The notes beneath the pieces are model-generated. The model made no database searches, was not told the DNA's origin, and saw only the letters and a list, made by a program, of their open reading frames with translations. Below, in pieces: positions 45,436 through 55,614 of a DNA stretch of 56,547 nucleotides. Where the stretch lies: the IMG/VR virus record IMGVR_UViG_3300033388_006544, positions 1 through 56,547 of that record. The stretch is one strand, 5' to 3'. Each line of letters starts with the position of its first letter. Position 1 is the first letter of the stretch. The stretch is from a virus. Lineage: Duplodnaviria > Caudoviricetes. The position numbers and the translations under genes are program-made.

Positions 45436-45438
45436 ATA

Positions 45439-45759
45439 GTGTTAACAGCACAATCATCTCAAATAGGTGCAAATACTTTATCGGAGAGGCAGACGATAGT
45501 TAGGCCACAGATATTAATTGAAAAAACGCCCTATGAGAAACTACAAGAATCAATCAAAAATTTAGAAGAAAGAGCAGGTGGATTGCGAATATCAACCGGA
45601 GAAGACGTCGAGAGGCAGTTAGCTGAATTCGAGAAATTCAAAAAAAGACAAGTATTGGAATTAAAAAAACCTATCAAAAGGCGAATAAGAAAATTTGGAA
45701 GATCGGCTAAGGCACGTAAGAGATTACATATAATGCAAACAAATCCACCTCGACCGTGA
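45439..45759 (+). CDS. Basic hypothetical protein
   Basis: Fills the gap between tail genes. Confidence 0.5.
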   Translation: MLTAQSSQIGANTLSERQTIVRPQILIEKTPYEKLQESIKNLEERAGGLRISTGEDVERQLAEFEKFKKRQVLELKKPIKRRIRKFGRSAKARKRLHIMQTNPPRP

Positions 45760-45795
45760 GGTGGTGCTAGGTCTTGAAGGATTCAAGATAAAAAG

Positions 45796-46707
45796 ATGAG
45801 TAGACAATTACCATACCTGAGAGGATCTTCAGGGCTCAATACGGTCGATGACCCGACAAGAATAAAATACAGTCCGAAGTCTGGGGTCTCCGATCTTGCG
45901 GTGGCTGTCAACGTTACAATTTCTCCGTCGGGGAGAATAAATAGGCGGACTGGTAAAACACTCAGAGTGCCACTTGATTCGCATAGTCTTTTTTGCGACG
46001 GTGGGGAGTGTGTTTTTGTCCATACCTCTGGCCTGTATTTGCTTGAGACTAATTTTTCATACAGGCTCCTACGGTCGGTTTCCTCTAATAACCGTATGGC
46101 CTATATGCAGGTCGGGAACCGGATCTACTTTACGAACAACCAAACGTTAGGATATGTGGAGTCAGGTATCGCCCGTGGTTGGTCTATGAGGAAAGATTAT
46201 GTCGGGCCGGTAACACAAAAAACTTTCACAGGCCCTTTTCCTGGGAATCATCTCGCTTACCATGGTGGACGGATATATATCTCGAAGGATAACATCTTGT
46301 GGTATTCTGAGTACGGTGCCTTGTATTGGTTTGATATGGCCAGGAATTTTTTTCCATTCAACACACATATTCGAATGATAAAGCCCGTAACGAACGGATT
46401 GTTCGTGTCCACCGAAAAGGCAATATATTTTTTAAGGGGTTTAGTTCCCGGAGATATGGTGCAGAGTAAATTAACAACATATCCTGCCTTAGAGTGGTCC
46501 GATGCTATCGATTATATTGACGGTACAGATGTCCCCGAATTTGAAATAAGTGGCCCTTGTGCTTTATGGACTACTCGTGAAGGTGCTATGCTCGGGACGC
46601 CAGATGGTGGAGCAATAAATCTTAATAAGAAGAAAGTAGTTTATCCTCAAGGAACGAAAGGATGTTCTTTGTTGAGAGGATTAAATTTTATCCATACTGT
46701 GGAGTAG
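45796..46707 (+). CDS. Putative tail nozzle / beta-propeller protein
   Basis: GLNTVDDP...AVNV...G.I.RR.G N-terminus typical of nozzle proteins. Confidence 0.65.
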   Translation: MSRQLPYLRGSSGLNTVDDPTRIKYSPKSGVSDLAVAVNVTISPSGRINRRTGKTLRVPLDSHSLFCDGGECVFVHTSGLYLLETNFSYRLLRSVSSNNRMAYMQVGNRIYFTNNQTLGYVESGIARGWSMRKDYVGPVTQKTFTGPFPGNHLAYHGGRIYISKDNILWYSEYGALYWFDMARNFFPFNTHIRMIKPVTNGLFVSTEKAIYFLRGLVPGDMVQSKLTTYPALEWSDAIDYIDGTDVPEFEISGPCALWTTREGAMLGTPDGGAINLNKKKVVYPQGTKGCSLLRGLNFIHTVE

Positions 46708-46711
46708 GATT

Positions 46712-46858
46712 GTGACACAAGAAGAAATCGATAAAAAACTTGAGGATTTATCTAATGATGAACTGGATGAGCTAAAGGAAATATGTATCCGAATAAGCAA
46801 AGATATCCGCAAGGCTCTTAGGAAAAAAGGCAGAAAAATTAGGCGTATGTCTAAATAA
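46712..46858 (+). CDS. 48-aa hypothetical protein (not in ORF track)
   Basis: GTG start after GGAG; acidic then basic helix. Confidence 0.45.
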   Translation: MTQEEIDKKLEDLSNDELDELKEICIRISKDIRKALRKKGRKIRRMSK

Positions 46859-46880
46859 ACATTTAAACAAGGAGTAAACC

Positions 46881-47600
46881 ATGGCTTTTAGATTTTCAAC
46901 CAAAGTACGAAACGATCTGCTTGGCAAGAAGGCTGAGTGTAATGCGTTATATTACAGTGCAGCCGGAATAGCACTGATCTCTGGCGGAGCCAGTTGCGAC
47001 TCTATCGTTGATGCCGGAAACGGTCTCGCTGTTTTTGAACCTGGCGATAAGGTTACAGTCCAGGGTGCAACTGATCCAAATGATAATGGTAGCTATGAAA
47101 TTGTAACCGTTTCAGCCGGTATACTTACTCTACCGATTGGAAGTTTCACAACTGGACAGTCTTCAGGTACTCCAATCAATCTTGCTTCAGCTAGGGGCGG
47201 ATCATTAATTGACCAGTTCCGCAATATGACTATGAAGATTTTCACTGGATCGCAGCCTCCCTCCGCCGACGATGCCGAGGCAGGATCAGAGCTTCTCCAG
47301 ATTACCCAATCAAGCGGAGCCTTTAATAGTGGAGTAAATGGTATCAACTTTGGCAATGTTGCCGAGGCTATACTCCATGCAGCGTCCGACGAGGTATGGT
47401 CAGGCAAGGCCACCGCCACGGGTACAGCCGGATATTTTAGGATATATGACAATGCAGCTACTGGTGGAGCCGACGATCAAGTTATAGACGGTGCCATTGC
47501 TACCAGCGGATCACAAATGAATATGGCAAACACTTCAATTACCGCCAACGGAACGACCACTATCGACGAGGTCAATATCCCGATGGCAGAGAGTGTATAA
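46881..47600 (+). CDS. Virion structural protein
   Basis: MAFRFSTKVRN, IFTGSQPPSADDA, GTAGYFRI, IDG motifs; AAGGAG RBS. Confidence 0.7.
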   Translation: MAFRFSTKVRNDLLGKKAECNALYYSAAGIALISGGASCDSIVDAGNGLAVFEPGDKVTVQGATDPNDNGSYEIVTVSAGILTLPIGSFTTGQSSGTPINLASARGGSLIDQFRNMTMKIFTGSQPPSADDAEAGSELLQITQSSGAFNSGVNGINFGNVAEAILHAASDEVWSGKATATGTAGYFRIYDNAATGGADDQVIDGAIATSGSQMNMANTSITANGTTTIDEVNIPMAESV

Positions 47601-47609
47601 GGAGACGTT

Positions 47610-48443
47610 ATGGCTGTTGTATTAACACTTTCAAACCATTACAAGTATCAGTTGATGAAAAAACAAATTGATTTATCGGCTGATGACTTGAAAGCTATAC
47701 TAATGAACAATACTTTTACTTTTGACAAGGACGCTCACGCCACTCTTGCTGACGTGACGGTAGATCAACTTGTTACAGCGAATGGGTATACTCGGAATGA
47801 TAAGACCTTAACAGCTTTAGTGTTAGCAGAAGATGACGCAAGCGATAAAGGGCACTTTGTTTGTGATGATCCTTCGTGGACGGCTAGTGGCGGTGATATT
47901 GGGCCAACAGGATCTTCATTGATCGTTGACTTTTCATCTCTTGATGATATTGAGTTTTTTACTACTCAGAAGGATCAGGATTTTGTTGGAGGATCTACCC
48001 ATTGGGCAAATGTTGACCTTAGCACATTTAATGATACTGATGATCTAAGTGCTGTTGCGAGTGCCACGGGTCAGTATTGCAAGATTATACTCACCGATAT
48101 CGGAACTGCTCTGGTGGCCGGAGGTCGATATCGTCTGCAATATGATTATTCGGAATCCGTAACTGGATACGAATTCAAACTGGTTGGAAGTGCGACACAG
48201 GTACTGGGTGATGCTGTTGCCGGTACGGCACAGACGATTGACTTTATAGCTGATGAAGCTTATACGGCCGATGAATATCTCGGAATTTTTTCAAAAACCG
48301 GGGCCACCGCTGCCGGCGATTTTGACAATTTCTCTATTAAAGAGATAGCGACCGTTATTGGTTGTATTGATTATGGGGTGGACTATACGATACCAAGTGG
48401 AAGTTCATTTCTTATTAAAGATATCGAAATAGACAATACATAG
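47610..48443 (+). CDS. Virion structural protein with inserted beta-sandwich
   Basis: IDLSADDLKAIL, TANGYT, WTASGG..GP, IGCIDYG. Confidence 0.7.
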   Translation: MAVVLTLSNHYKYQLMKKQIDLSADDLKAILMNNTFTFDKDAHATLADVTVDQLVTANGYTRNDKTLTALVLAEDDASDKGHFVCDDPSWTASGGDIGPTGSSLIVDFSSLDDIEFFTTQKDQDFVGGSTHWANVDLSTFNDTDDLSAVASATGQYCKIILTDIGTALVAGGRYRLQYDYSESVTGYEFKLVGSATQVLGDAVAGTAQTIDFIADEAYTADEYLGIFSKTGATAAGDFDNFSIKEIATVIGCIDYGVDYTIPSGSSFLIKDIEIDNT

Positions 48444-48460
48444 GGTGTTGGGGGCTTTAA

Positions 48461-50023
48461 GTGGCTGAAGTAATATGTCCATCACCCTTTAGTGCGGTAG
48501 GGGGTCTTGATTCTAATATTCAGATAGAATGTACTCCATATGTCGGGGCTCGTACTGTTTCTTGGAATCCGAGCGATAAAGATCCTGGAATAACTTTATT
48601 AAACGGAAATTTGACTGCTAATGGCGATGCTGGGGATTATTGTGCTGTTAGAGCTAATATTTCAAAATCTAGCGGTAAGTGGTATTGGGAATATCGAATA
48701 GAAGGTTCTCAGGTCAGTTACCATTTCATGGGAATAGGAACATCAGTCGAAAATCTTGATCAATACCCCGGATATACTGATGCGGGTTATTGTTGGAAAT
48801 TAAGTTCTGGCGCTAGTCAGAAATACCATGATGGTAATCAGGGTTATTACGGAGATACTTGTAGTCTAACTGATGTAGTTGGTATTGCTCTTGATTTAGA
48901 TAATGGAAAAATCTGGTTTTCAAGGAATGGTATCTGGCAGGAATCTGGCAATCCTGCCATTGGGACAAATCCAACTTTTACAGGGATATTAGGCACCTTC
49001 TATCCAATGGTTGGTCTTTGGGGAAATAGTGGTAGCAATCTTGCTACAGCAAGATTTATAGTTTCTGACCAAACGTATTCTTCCCCGGATGGGTTTAGTA
49101 TGCTTGATACTGGATCTACGGATTCTTTCGTATCTGAAAGTAATCTGCTTTCTTCTGGACTAGAGCCTCTTTGGGTCGATATAGAATCTCAACTGACCGC
49201 AGTCAGCTCGCTTTCTGCAACACCACAACCGCAAATATCAGCTAATACTTTTACGTCTGCCAGCTCTTTATCTGCTGCACCGATGCCAGCCGTTTCGGCT
49301 AGTGCTTTTCTAGCCACAGGTAATTTTACGTGTGACCATTGTTTTAATTATGCGCAAGTTGAAGGAGCCTGTCCAACACCTATCTGTGAAATGGCAGCCG
49401 TTTTTAGGTATGCCAGAATAGAAGCTGAAGTTCCTGTACCTTCGGCCAGCTTTAGAGTTGGTAAAATAATAGAAGGTAACTTACCTGTCCCCGGCTTTAC
49501 TTGTGTAGCTTACAGCGGCAAGAACCCTTCGTTGGTAGCGAGTGCCCCTATCCCGATCTGTTCTATGAGGGTTGGCCTTAGCTTGAGCGACATTACCACC
49601 ATATCTGGAAAAGCGGGAGTTCCTGTACCAACATGTAATATGGTAACAAACACTCACCATCTCGCTACCATTTACGGCAATGTGCCATGTCCTGTATTTG
49701 AGTGTAACGCAGATACAGCAAATATTGCAATTGTGTCAGCTTCCATGCCTTGTCCTACAGGACTTTTTGAAACTACCATCGGCAATGTGGCATCTATCCT
49801 TGGAAGGTCACCTTGCCCATGCTGTACCATGGTGGCGCTGACCGGACAGGTTGTTACCCTCTCGGGATGTGTACCAACGCCAGGTGACCTTGTTCGTTTT
49901 TATGCGTCTCTGGCAAATGACAATATAATACTTGCAGGCACAGTTCCGACTCCAACAATGACATCAAATGTTCAGGGCTTAAGAAGTTCCATCCTGAGAC
50001 ATATTAGGGGCGAAATAAGATAA
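48461..50023 (+). CDS. SPRY/B30.2-domain tail protein with C-terminal PxP repeats
   Basis: SSGKWYWEY, VVGIALDLDNGKIWFSRNG, FYPMV. Confidence 0.8.
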   Translation: MAEVICPSPFSAVGGLDSNIQIECTPYVGARTVSWNPSDKDPGITLLNGNLTANGDAGDYCAVRANISKSSGKWYWEYRIEGSQVSYHFMGIGTSVENLDQYPGYTDAGYCWKLSSGASQKYHDGNQGYYGDTCSLTDVVGIALDLDNGKIWFSRNGIWQESGNPAIGTNPTFTGILGTFYPMVGLWGNSGSNLATARFIVSDQTYSSPDGFSMLDTGSTDSFVSESNLLSSGLEPLWVDIESQLTAVSSLSATPQPQISANTFTSASSLSAAPMPAVSASAFLATGNFTCDHCFNYAQVEGACPTPICEMAAVFRYARIEAEVPVPSASFRVGKIIEGNLPVPGFTCVAYSGKNPSLVASAPIPICSMRVGLSLSDITTISGKAGVPVPTCNMVTNTHHLATIYGNVPCPVFECNADTANIAIVSASMPCPTGLFETTIGNVASILGRSPCPCCTMVALTGQVVTLSGCVPTPGDLVRFYASLANDNIILAGTVPTPTMTSNVQGLRSSILRHIRGEIR

Positions 50024-50556
50024 TGGCTAACATTCTAGGGGCCGTGCCCACACCAACCGCTGATATGACGGTCTCATTTACGTCCTACAGTTCCAGTATA
50101 TATGTTCTTGATCATTCCTTGCAGGCAGGGGCCACAACGCAGTATATTAACTATGACATGAATTCTATGGTTAAGTTTGGAGATAAATTTTTGGGAGCAT
50201 CGTCTGACGGTATACATGAGCTTAGTGGCGCTTCTGACGACGGTGAGGTTGTTGGCGCATATTTTGAACCAATAGTCACGGACTTTGGGATAAACAACCC
50301 CAAAAAGGTACGGTTTATGTTTCTCGGATACGAAGCTGATGGAGATCTTATGGTAACACTCGGAGATAATCGATCAGAGAAATCGTTCACCGTAGCTTCA
50401 ATTCGAACAGGTCAGCAATGGCGCAGGATAGCTGGGAGTCGAAGTATCCGTGGACGATACCTGACCTTCAGAATATCGAACGTTGATGGATGCGACTTTG
50501 GTATTGATTCTATAGATGTTGCGCTTACTGCAATGTCGAGAGGATTTGCGGTATAA
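50023..50556 (+). CDS. Virion structural protein
   Basis: TQYINYDMNS, TDFG...K, RGRYLTFRISN.DG.DF pattern, like a nozzle C-terminal domain. Confidence 0.65.
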   Translation: MANILGAVPTPTADMTVSFTSYSSSIYVLDHSLQAGATTQYINYDMNSMVKFGDKFLGASSDGIHELSGASDDGEVVGAYFEPIVTDFGINNPKKVRFMFLGYEADGDLMVTLGDNRSEKSFTVASIRTGQQWRRIAGSRSIRGRYLTFRISNVDGCDFGIDSIDVALTAMSRGFAV

Positions 50557-51491
50557 TGGCTGTACCGTACAAGGTGACCCTTAAAGGTGACAGAGAATAT
50601 GCTTGCAATTTTGTAGGTGCAGCTCGGAGTCAGATGAGGATACTCGAAAATCAGTTAAGTTTTCAGGATTTAAAACAAGGCATTAGAAGAGTTAAGCTCA
50701 ATCCGAGAACAATGGTAACAAGTGTGGTATGTTTTAATCAAAAGGAAGTGATAATTGATTGTTTACCTATTGGAAAAAAAGGAAAAAAGGAGAGGGTGCC
50801 CGATTGTTTCTGCTGTTGCTGCTGGGCGATGGGTTTTATAGTTGGCTATACATATGAATGTGACGACAACGATAATGAAGAATGTATAGAACATGTATGC
50901 AACGATAAAGAATGCGAAGATAACGATGAAGAATGTGAAGAGGGTTGCAGCGACACTAAGACTCGCTATGATGTGAGGATTTGCCAGGGAGATAGATATT
51001 CTCTGTTCCAGGGATGTATATCAACTGACTTTGCGCATTATCGAATAGGAGAACAAGTTTTTGTTTTGGCGGCATATTCAAAAACAGATGGACCCGGATA
51101 TACTTATAAAGATGATCTAGCCGATTTATTACTCTTGAGAGATATGGTCCCGCCTATGTTTTTTAGTTTCGATGAGTACAAAACAAGTACAGGGAAAAAT
51201 GATTTTGAAAAATGTGAGGAGTGTGAGAGGAAACAGGAATGTCTGGACGAAACTCTTATAAATTGTAAAACGACTAAAAGCGATGAAACAGAAGAAAGCG
51301 ACGCTGCTTGCATGACAGAAACAATAACAATTTCATCGGACGAAATAGTTCGAGAATCTAGAGATTGTGAAGAATACCAATTTGAGACAGGATCAGCTTG
51401 CGGAGTCAACAATAAAGGAATTAGCGGAGACATTCCATCTTTTTATATCGTTCCTATCGGATGTGAGGGAGAGTTAGGTAAATGGCTGTAG
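50556..51491 (+). CDS. Cys-rich acidic tail-region protein
   Basis: About 24 Cys in 311 aa, including CFCCCCW. Confidence 0.65.
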   Translation: MAVPYKVTLKGDREYACNFVGAARSQMRILENQLSFQDLKQGIRRVKLNPRTMVTSVVCFNQKEVIIDCLPIGKKGKKERVPDCFCCCCWAMGFIVGYTYECDDNDNEECIEHVCNDKECEDNDEECEEGCSDTKTRYDVRICQGDRYSLFQGCISTDFAHYRIGEQVFVLAAYSKTDGPGYTYKDDLADLLLLRDMVPPMFFSFDEYKTSTGKNDFEKCEECERKQECLDETLINCKTTKSDETEESDAACMTETITISSDEIVRESRDCEEYQFETGSACGVNNKGISGDIPSFYIVPIGCEGELGKWL

Positions 51492-53641
51492 AGCGAAAAC
51501 ACGAAATAATAGAAATCGATAAAAAAGAAGATTTAGCAAATTCCTATTTTATGAGAAGGGGAATCATATATTCTCGTGATTGCGATAATAACACTTTAAA
51601 CGTTTGGATTGAAGGAACATTATTTGAGAATTTAGAAATCTTTTATCATTGCGAAAACGAAACAGAATCTACGCCAGATAAGGCATTCGATTTATTCGAA
51701 GTTGGCAGAAAAGTTTTAGTACTCCATAAAATTATATATAATGAAGAAGAAAATCATAAGATAGAAAAAATAGAGAGAATGGTTATCGGCCTGAAATATA
51801 ATTCGCCTGAAGGAATAGATAATCTTCAACCGTGCATTGTTAAACGATTTTTCGCTAAGGTAGGAAAGGTAACAAAAGATCCTATAACTGGTGATCCTAT
51901 AATCTCATATTCTTACCACTGGATTTATATAAATGATGGAGATGAAAGAAAAGTAACCGTTATAGAAATTAATGACAATGAAGACAAAACAGAGACAGAA
52001 GTATTTCATGATGCTGGTTTTTTTAGCGAACTTGAAAGGGTATTATATCTCGGAGAGGTTGAGGAAAATCCCTATATTTATCCGTTAACTCAATCTGCTA
52101 CAAAATCTTTTATGATGACAAATGATAGCGATTTTAGAGAAAGGTGGGTAGCAACACCATGCTCCTTATTTAAAGACCAATGTGAAGTGATCAATATTAT
52201 GTATCAGCGTTGGACGGTACCCCCTCCTTGCGATGAACAAGATATGGTGTGTCCACCGAATAGATTTTACTGCGATATAGAAAAGCGAATATTGGTATGG
52301 TATGGCGCTTATGAAAAATTTGTTGGAGCTACTATTGTTCGTTTTGATAATGATACTGCTTATACTTGGAATAGTGTAGCTGCGTCAGGTGTTTCTATAG
52401 CCGACCCTGATGGTTTGGGAGGTTATCTAACACTTGCGGACACGGAGTGGGATATTCCCCTCAATATGATATCTGGAGTTAATTGGGTTAGCAAAAATGA
52501 AATTTCATTTTATCTTCCATTTGGAGCAAATAGGAGACCTGGGCAAGTTACAATAGATTGGATAAATTACTCGTGGTTTAATGAACCAGTTAACTCAGGG
52601 ATTACAGATGAAACTGAGCATTGGTATTGGAGTGCTGAAGGTTTTGAACAAAAAGTGTGTGCTCAGCTTAAACAAGAAAATGTTTGTGATGGTTTTGAAT
52701 ATGAGCGTGAAGACTATTCTTATGAATATTGTGAATGTGACCAAATCTATCCATCTCTCACTGAAGCTCAATGTGAAGCTTGTGGGCAGATAAAACAAAC
52801 TGTCGGAATGTATGAATTAAATGTTGATCGTTGTGACGGATATACTTCTAATTATAAAATTGAATTATTTGATAAAACGTTTGATGCTGATACTTTATAT
52901 CGTAGCGTTGATTTAGATGAATTGAAACGTTATGACGCTCACGAGTGTGTGTGGGTTGGTAACCAATGTTATTATCATACAGTATGGGGATACACTTGTG
53001 CCAAAAGAGGCATAGGCGAAAGAATAAAACAAAAAAATGCAGAAGGATTATCGGCTGTATGGCAAAGTAATAATGTTGCTTATTACTCTAAAGAAAAAGA
53101 TAGAGATGAGTGCGATGCGTCAGCAGCTCAGTCGGGAAAAGTTTGTACGTCTTGGACACAAGCCGAATGTATACCTTGGGGTGGGGTGGATTATGGAGAT
53201 TTCGATAAATGTCATTGGCCGTGTGATCCAGATCATCTCTGTGCCGAGAGTTGTCCGGGCGGAATAGGAAGTTGTTTTAAAATTGATATGCCGGGTGATG
53301 ATTGGAATGTTACAGGAACTGATAGAATAGAAAATAACAGCGGAAGTCCGACTTGGTATAGAGAAACTAACACATCAAGCTATGAAGAACCTTTGATCCA
53401 GAAATTAAAACTTGACGATATAGAGTTCGATGCCACAGAGGTTTATAAAACTTATTACCTAGATGATAGAGCCACTTGCCATGAGCAGGGATTAGTGATA
53501 GCTGGCAAGGGAGTTAGGATGGTAAACGAAAAGCCTGTATATTTCTGGGAAGTTTATCATGACGGGGTTGATATAACTGAAAAGTTGTTTGAGGCTTTAG
53601 GCTGCGAACAATCTGAGCTTGATGAAATTGGATTAATATAA
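51482..53641 (+). CDS. Large Cys-rich acidic tail-region protein
   Basis: About 28 Cys in 719 aa; overlaps the previous gene. Confidence 0.65.
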   Translation: MAVERKHEIIEIDKKEDLANSYFMRRGIIYSRDCDNNTLNVWIEGTLFENLEIFYHCENETESTPDKAFDLFEVGRKVLVLHKIIYNEEENHKIEKIERMVIGLKYNSPEGIDNLQPCIVKRFFAKVGKVTKDPITGDPIISYSYHWIYINDGDERKVTVIEINDNEDKTETEVFHDAGFFSELERVLYLGEVEENPYIYPLTQSATKSFMMTNDSDFRERWVATPCSLFKDQCEVINIMYQRWTVPPPCDEQDMVCPPNRFYCDIEKRILVWYGAYEKFVGATIVRFDNDTAYTWNSVAASGVSIADPDGLGGYLTLADTEWDIPLNMISGVNWVSKNEISFYLPFGANRRPGQVTIDWINYSWFNEPVNSGITDETEHWYWSAEGFEQKVCAQLKQENVCDGFEYEREDYSYEYCECDQIYPSLTEAQCEACGQIKQTVGMYELNVDRCDGYTSNYKIELFDKTFDADTLYRSVDLDELKRYDAHECVWVGNQCYYHTVWGYTCAKRGIGERIKQKNAEGLSAVWQSNNVAYYSKEKDRDECDASAAQSGKVCTSWTQAECIPWGGVDYGDFDKCHWPCDPDHLCAESCPGGIGSCFKIDMPGDDWNVTGTDRIENNSGSPTWYRETNTSSYEEPLIQKLKLDDIEFDATEVYKTYYLDDRATCHEQGLVIAGKGVRMVNEKPVYFWEVYHDGVDITEKLFEALGCEQSELDEIGLI

Positions 53642-53659
53642 GAGAGGTGAAAAAATAAT

Positions 53660-55597
53660 ATGGGTGTATGGGTTCCAACAGAATGGAAAGAGGGCAAAAA
53701 TGTTGAGGTAGATACACCGTTAGAGACGGTGCAAAATCGCTTCGATCTAAGTAAGGAATATGCTGACAGTTCTTTTAGAATTGCCACCGACTTTATGTCA
53801 CGGCTACAATCTCAAACGACTTCAGTTACCTTTCCTGGCGGATCGAGCATAGATGATATAGCTATCCCGGATCTCATCCCGCTCTCCTATGAAAATCGTC
53901 CGGCATTAGGGGACTTAGAGCTACCGGATATCCCTGAAAGTAGTGTTGCACCTCCAGAATGGAGCGCAATGCCAACCCTTACTGTTCCTAGCGTTCCCAG
54001 TTTCAATATACCAGCTCCGGCGTATAGTGCCCCGTCAAAGCCACAAGCTACAACTGTAACTGAGCCCTCATCTCCGTCGATAGAAACTCTGAGTTATCCG
54101 GCTAAGCCAGATTTGGTAGCTCCGACTATCCCTAACCTACCAGACATCCAAGTTCCTGCCGCCCCAACCATAACCTTGCCTACTTTTGAAGGTGTGTTGC
54201 CGACAGCAACATGGAATATGCCCGAAAACTTCTCGTACACAGAAGCAGATTATGGCTCCGATATATGGGCTGATCTGCTTGCTAAAGTTTTGAATGATAT
54301 AAAAAATGGTGGTACTGGTCTCGGAGCTATTGTAGAAGAGGAGCTTTACGATAGAGCCCTGGCACGACAAGAGACAGAAAATGAGCGCCTATATTCCGAG
54401 GTTGAGAATTATTTTGAGGCAAGAGGCTTCACTCTTCCAGTCGGTGCAATGGCTGGACGGTTGGCCGAGGCCGCAAGAGAGATATCGAGAAACAATACAG
54501 ATATCAATTCCAAGATAATGATCGATCAGGCCCAGCTTGCCCAGACCAATACGCATTTTATGGTTGACAAAGGTATACAGCTTGAGGGAATGCTCAGAGA
54601 TTTCTTTAACGCTCAAGCCGTTAGAGCCTTCGAAGCATCTAAGACTATCGCTACCATTGGTATTGAATTATTTAATGCCAATGTGAATGTATTTAATGCA
54701 AAAATAGCAGCATATCAATCTCAGGCTACAGTTTATGAATCTAAAGTCAGGGCAGCCATGACACAAGCTGAGATATATAAAACACAGGTCGATGCTTGCA
54801 TGATTACAACAAATGTACAGAAAAATTCTGTAGCTATATATTCAGAGCAAATTAAAGCCCTCGATACGGGTGCCAAGTTATATGCTACTGAGATGGAGAC
54901 TGTAAGAATAAAAAGTGAATTGGAGAAAAACAAAATTGAAATATTCCGGTCGCAGATACAAGCATATATTGCAGCAATAGAAGCCGATAAAACAAAGTAC
55001 GAAATATATGCCAGTGAGTTGAAGGGTGAAGAAACAAAGGCTAAGGTATATTCTTCACAGGTCGAAGGATATCTTGGGGAAGTTGAATCCATAAAAGCTA
55101 TTGCAGATATTAATATTAAGTCGGCTGACGTAGTCTTAAAAGAAAATCAGGCAAAGGTGGAACAATATAGGGCTGAATTATCTGGCTACGAAACCACTGT
55201 CCGAGCAGCACAGGCAGAGATAGGCGCTGAGGTCGAAGGCTTTAGACTTGAGGCCACGGCTTACGGTGCCGAAACAGATGCTGAAGGATCATGGTTTAGA
55301 GCTAAGACTGAAGAAATGAGAGTCGGGGTAGAAAAAGCAAATGTAGAATTACAGAGAGCTATCGGCGGGATCGATGCATCAATTAAAGGTTTTGCTGCGG
55401 TAAAAAGTTTACAGATTGAAGGAACAAAAGGTGTAATGAATACAGCCGCCCAGTTGTGTGCCTCGGCAATGAATGCAGTTAACGCTACCGCCTCTGTTGG
55501 GTATACTAGCAGTGAAAGTAACGGTGAAACGTGGAGCCATGGTGAAAACATTAGCGAATCCCATCCGTATGAAGATCAAGCGGGTGGAGATTCATAG
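53660..55597 (+). CDS. Virion protein with Pro-rich N-terminus and long coiled coil
   Basis: Pro-rich segment, EARGFTLPVG motif, then roughly 300 aa of Ala/Glu/Tyr helix. Confidence 0.7.
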   Translation: MGVWVPTEWKEGKNVEVDTPLETVQNRFDLSKEYADSSFRIATDFMSRLQSQTTSVTFPGGSSIDDIAIPDLIPLSYENRPALGDLELPDIPESSVAPPEWSAMPTLTVPSVPSFNIPAPAYSAPSKPQATTVTEPSSPSIETLSYPAKPDLVAPTIPNLPDIQVPAAPTITLPTFEGVLPTATWNMPENFSYTEADYGSDIWADLLAKVLNDIKNGGTGLGAIVEEELYDRALARQETENERLYSEVENYFEARGFTLPVGAMAGRLAEAAREISRNNTDINSKIMIDQAQLAQTNTHFMVDKGIQLEGMLRDFFNAQAVRAFEASKTIATIGIELFNANVNVFNAKIAAYQSQATVYESKVRAAMTQAEIYKTQVDACMITTNVQKNSVAIYSEQIKALDTGAKLYATEMETVRIKSELEKNKIEIFRSQIQAYIAAIEADKTKYEIYASELKGEETKAKVYSSQVEGYLGEVESIKAIADINIKSADVVLKENQAKVEQYRAELSGYETTVRAAQAEIGAEVEGFRLEATAYGAETDAEGSWFRAKTEEMRVGVEKANVELQRAIGGIDASIKGFAAVKSLQIEGTKGVMNTAAQLCASAMNAVNATASVGYTSSESNGETWSHGENISESHPYEDQAGGDS

Positions 55598-55614
55598 GAA
55601 TAAGGAGTAATATT

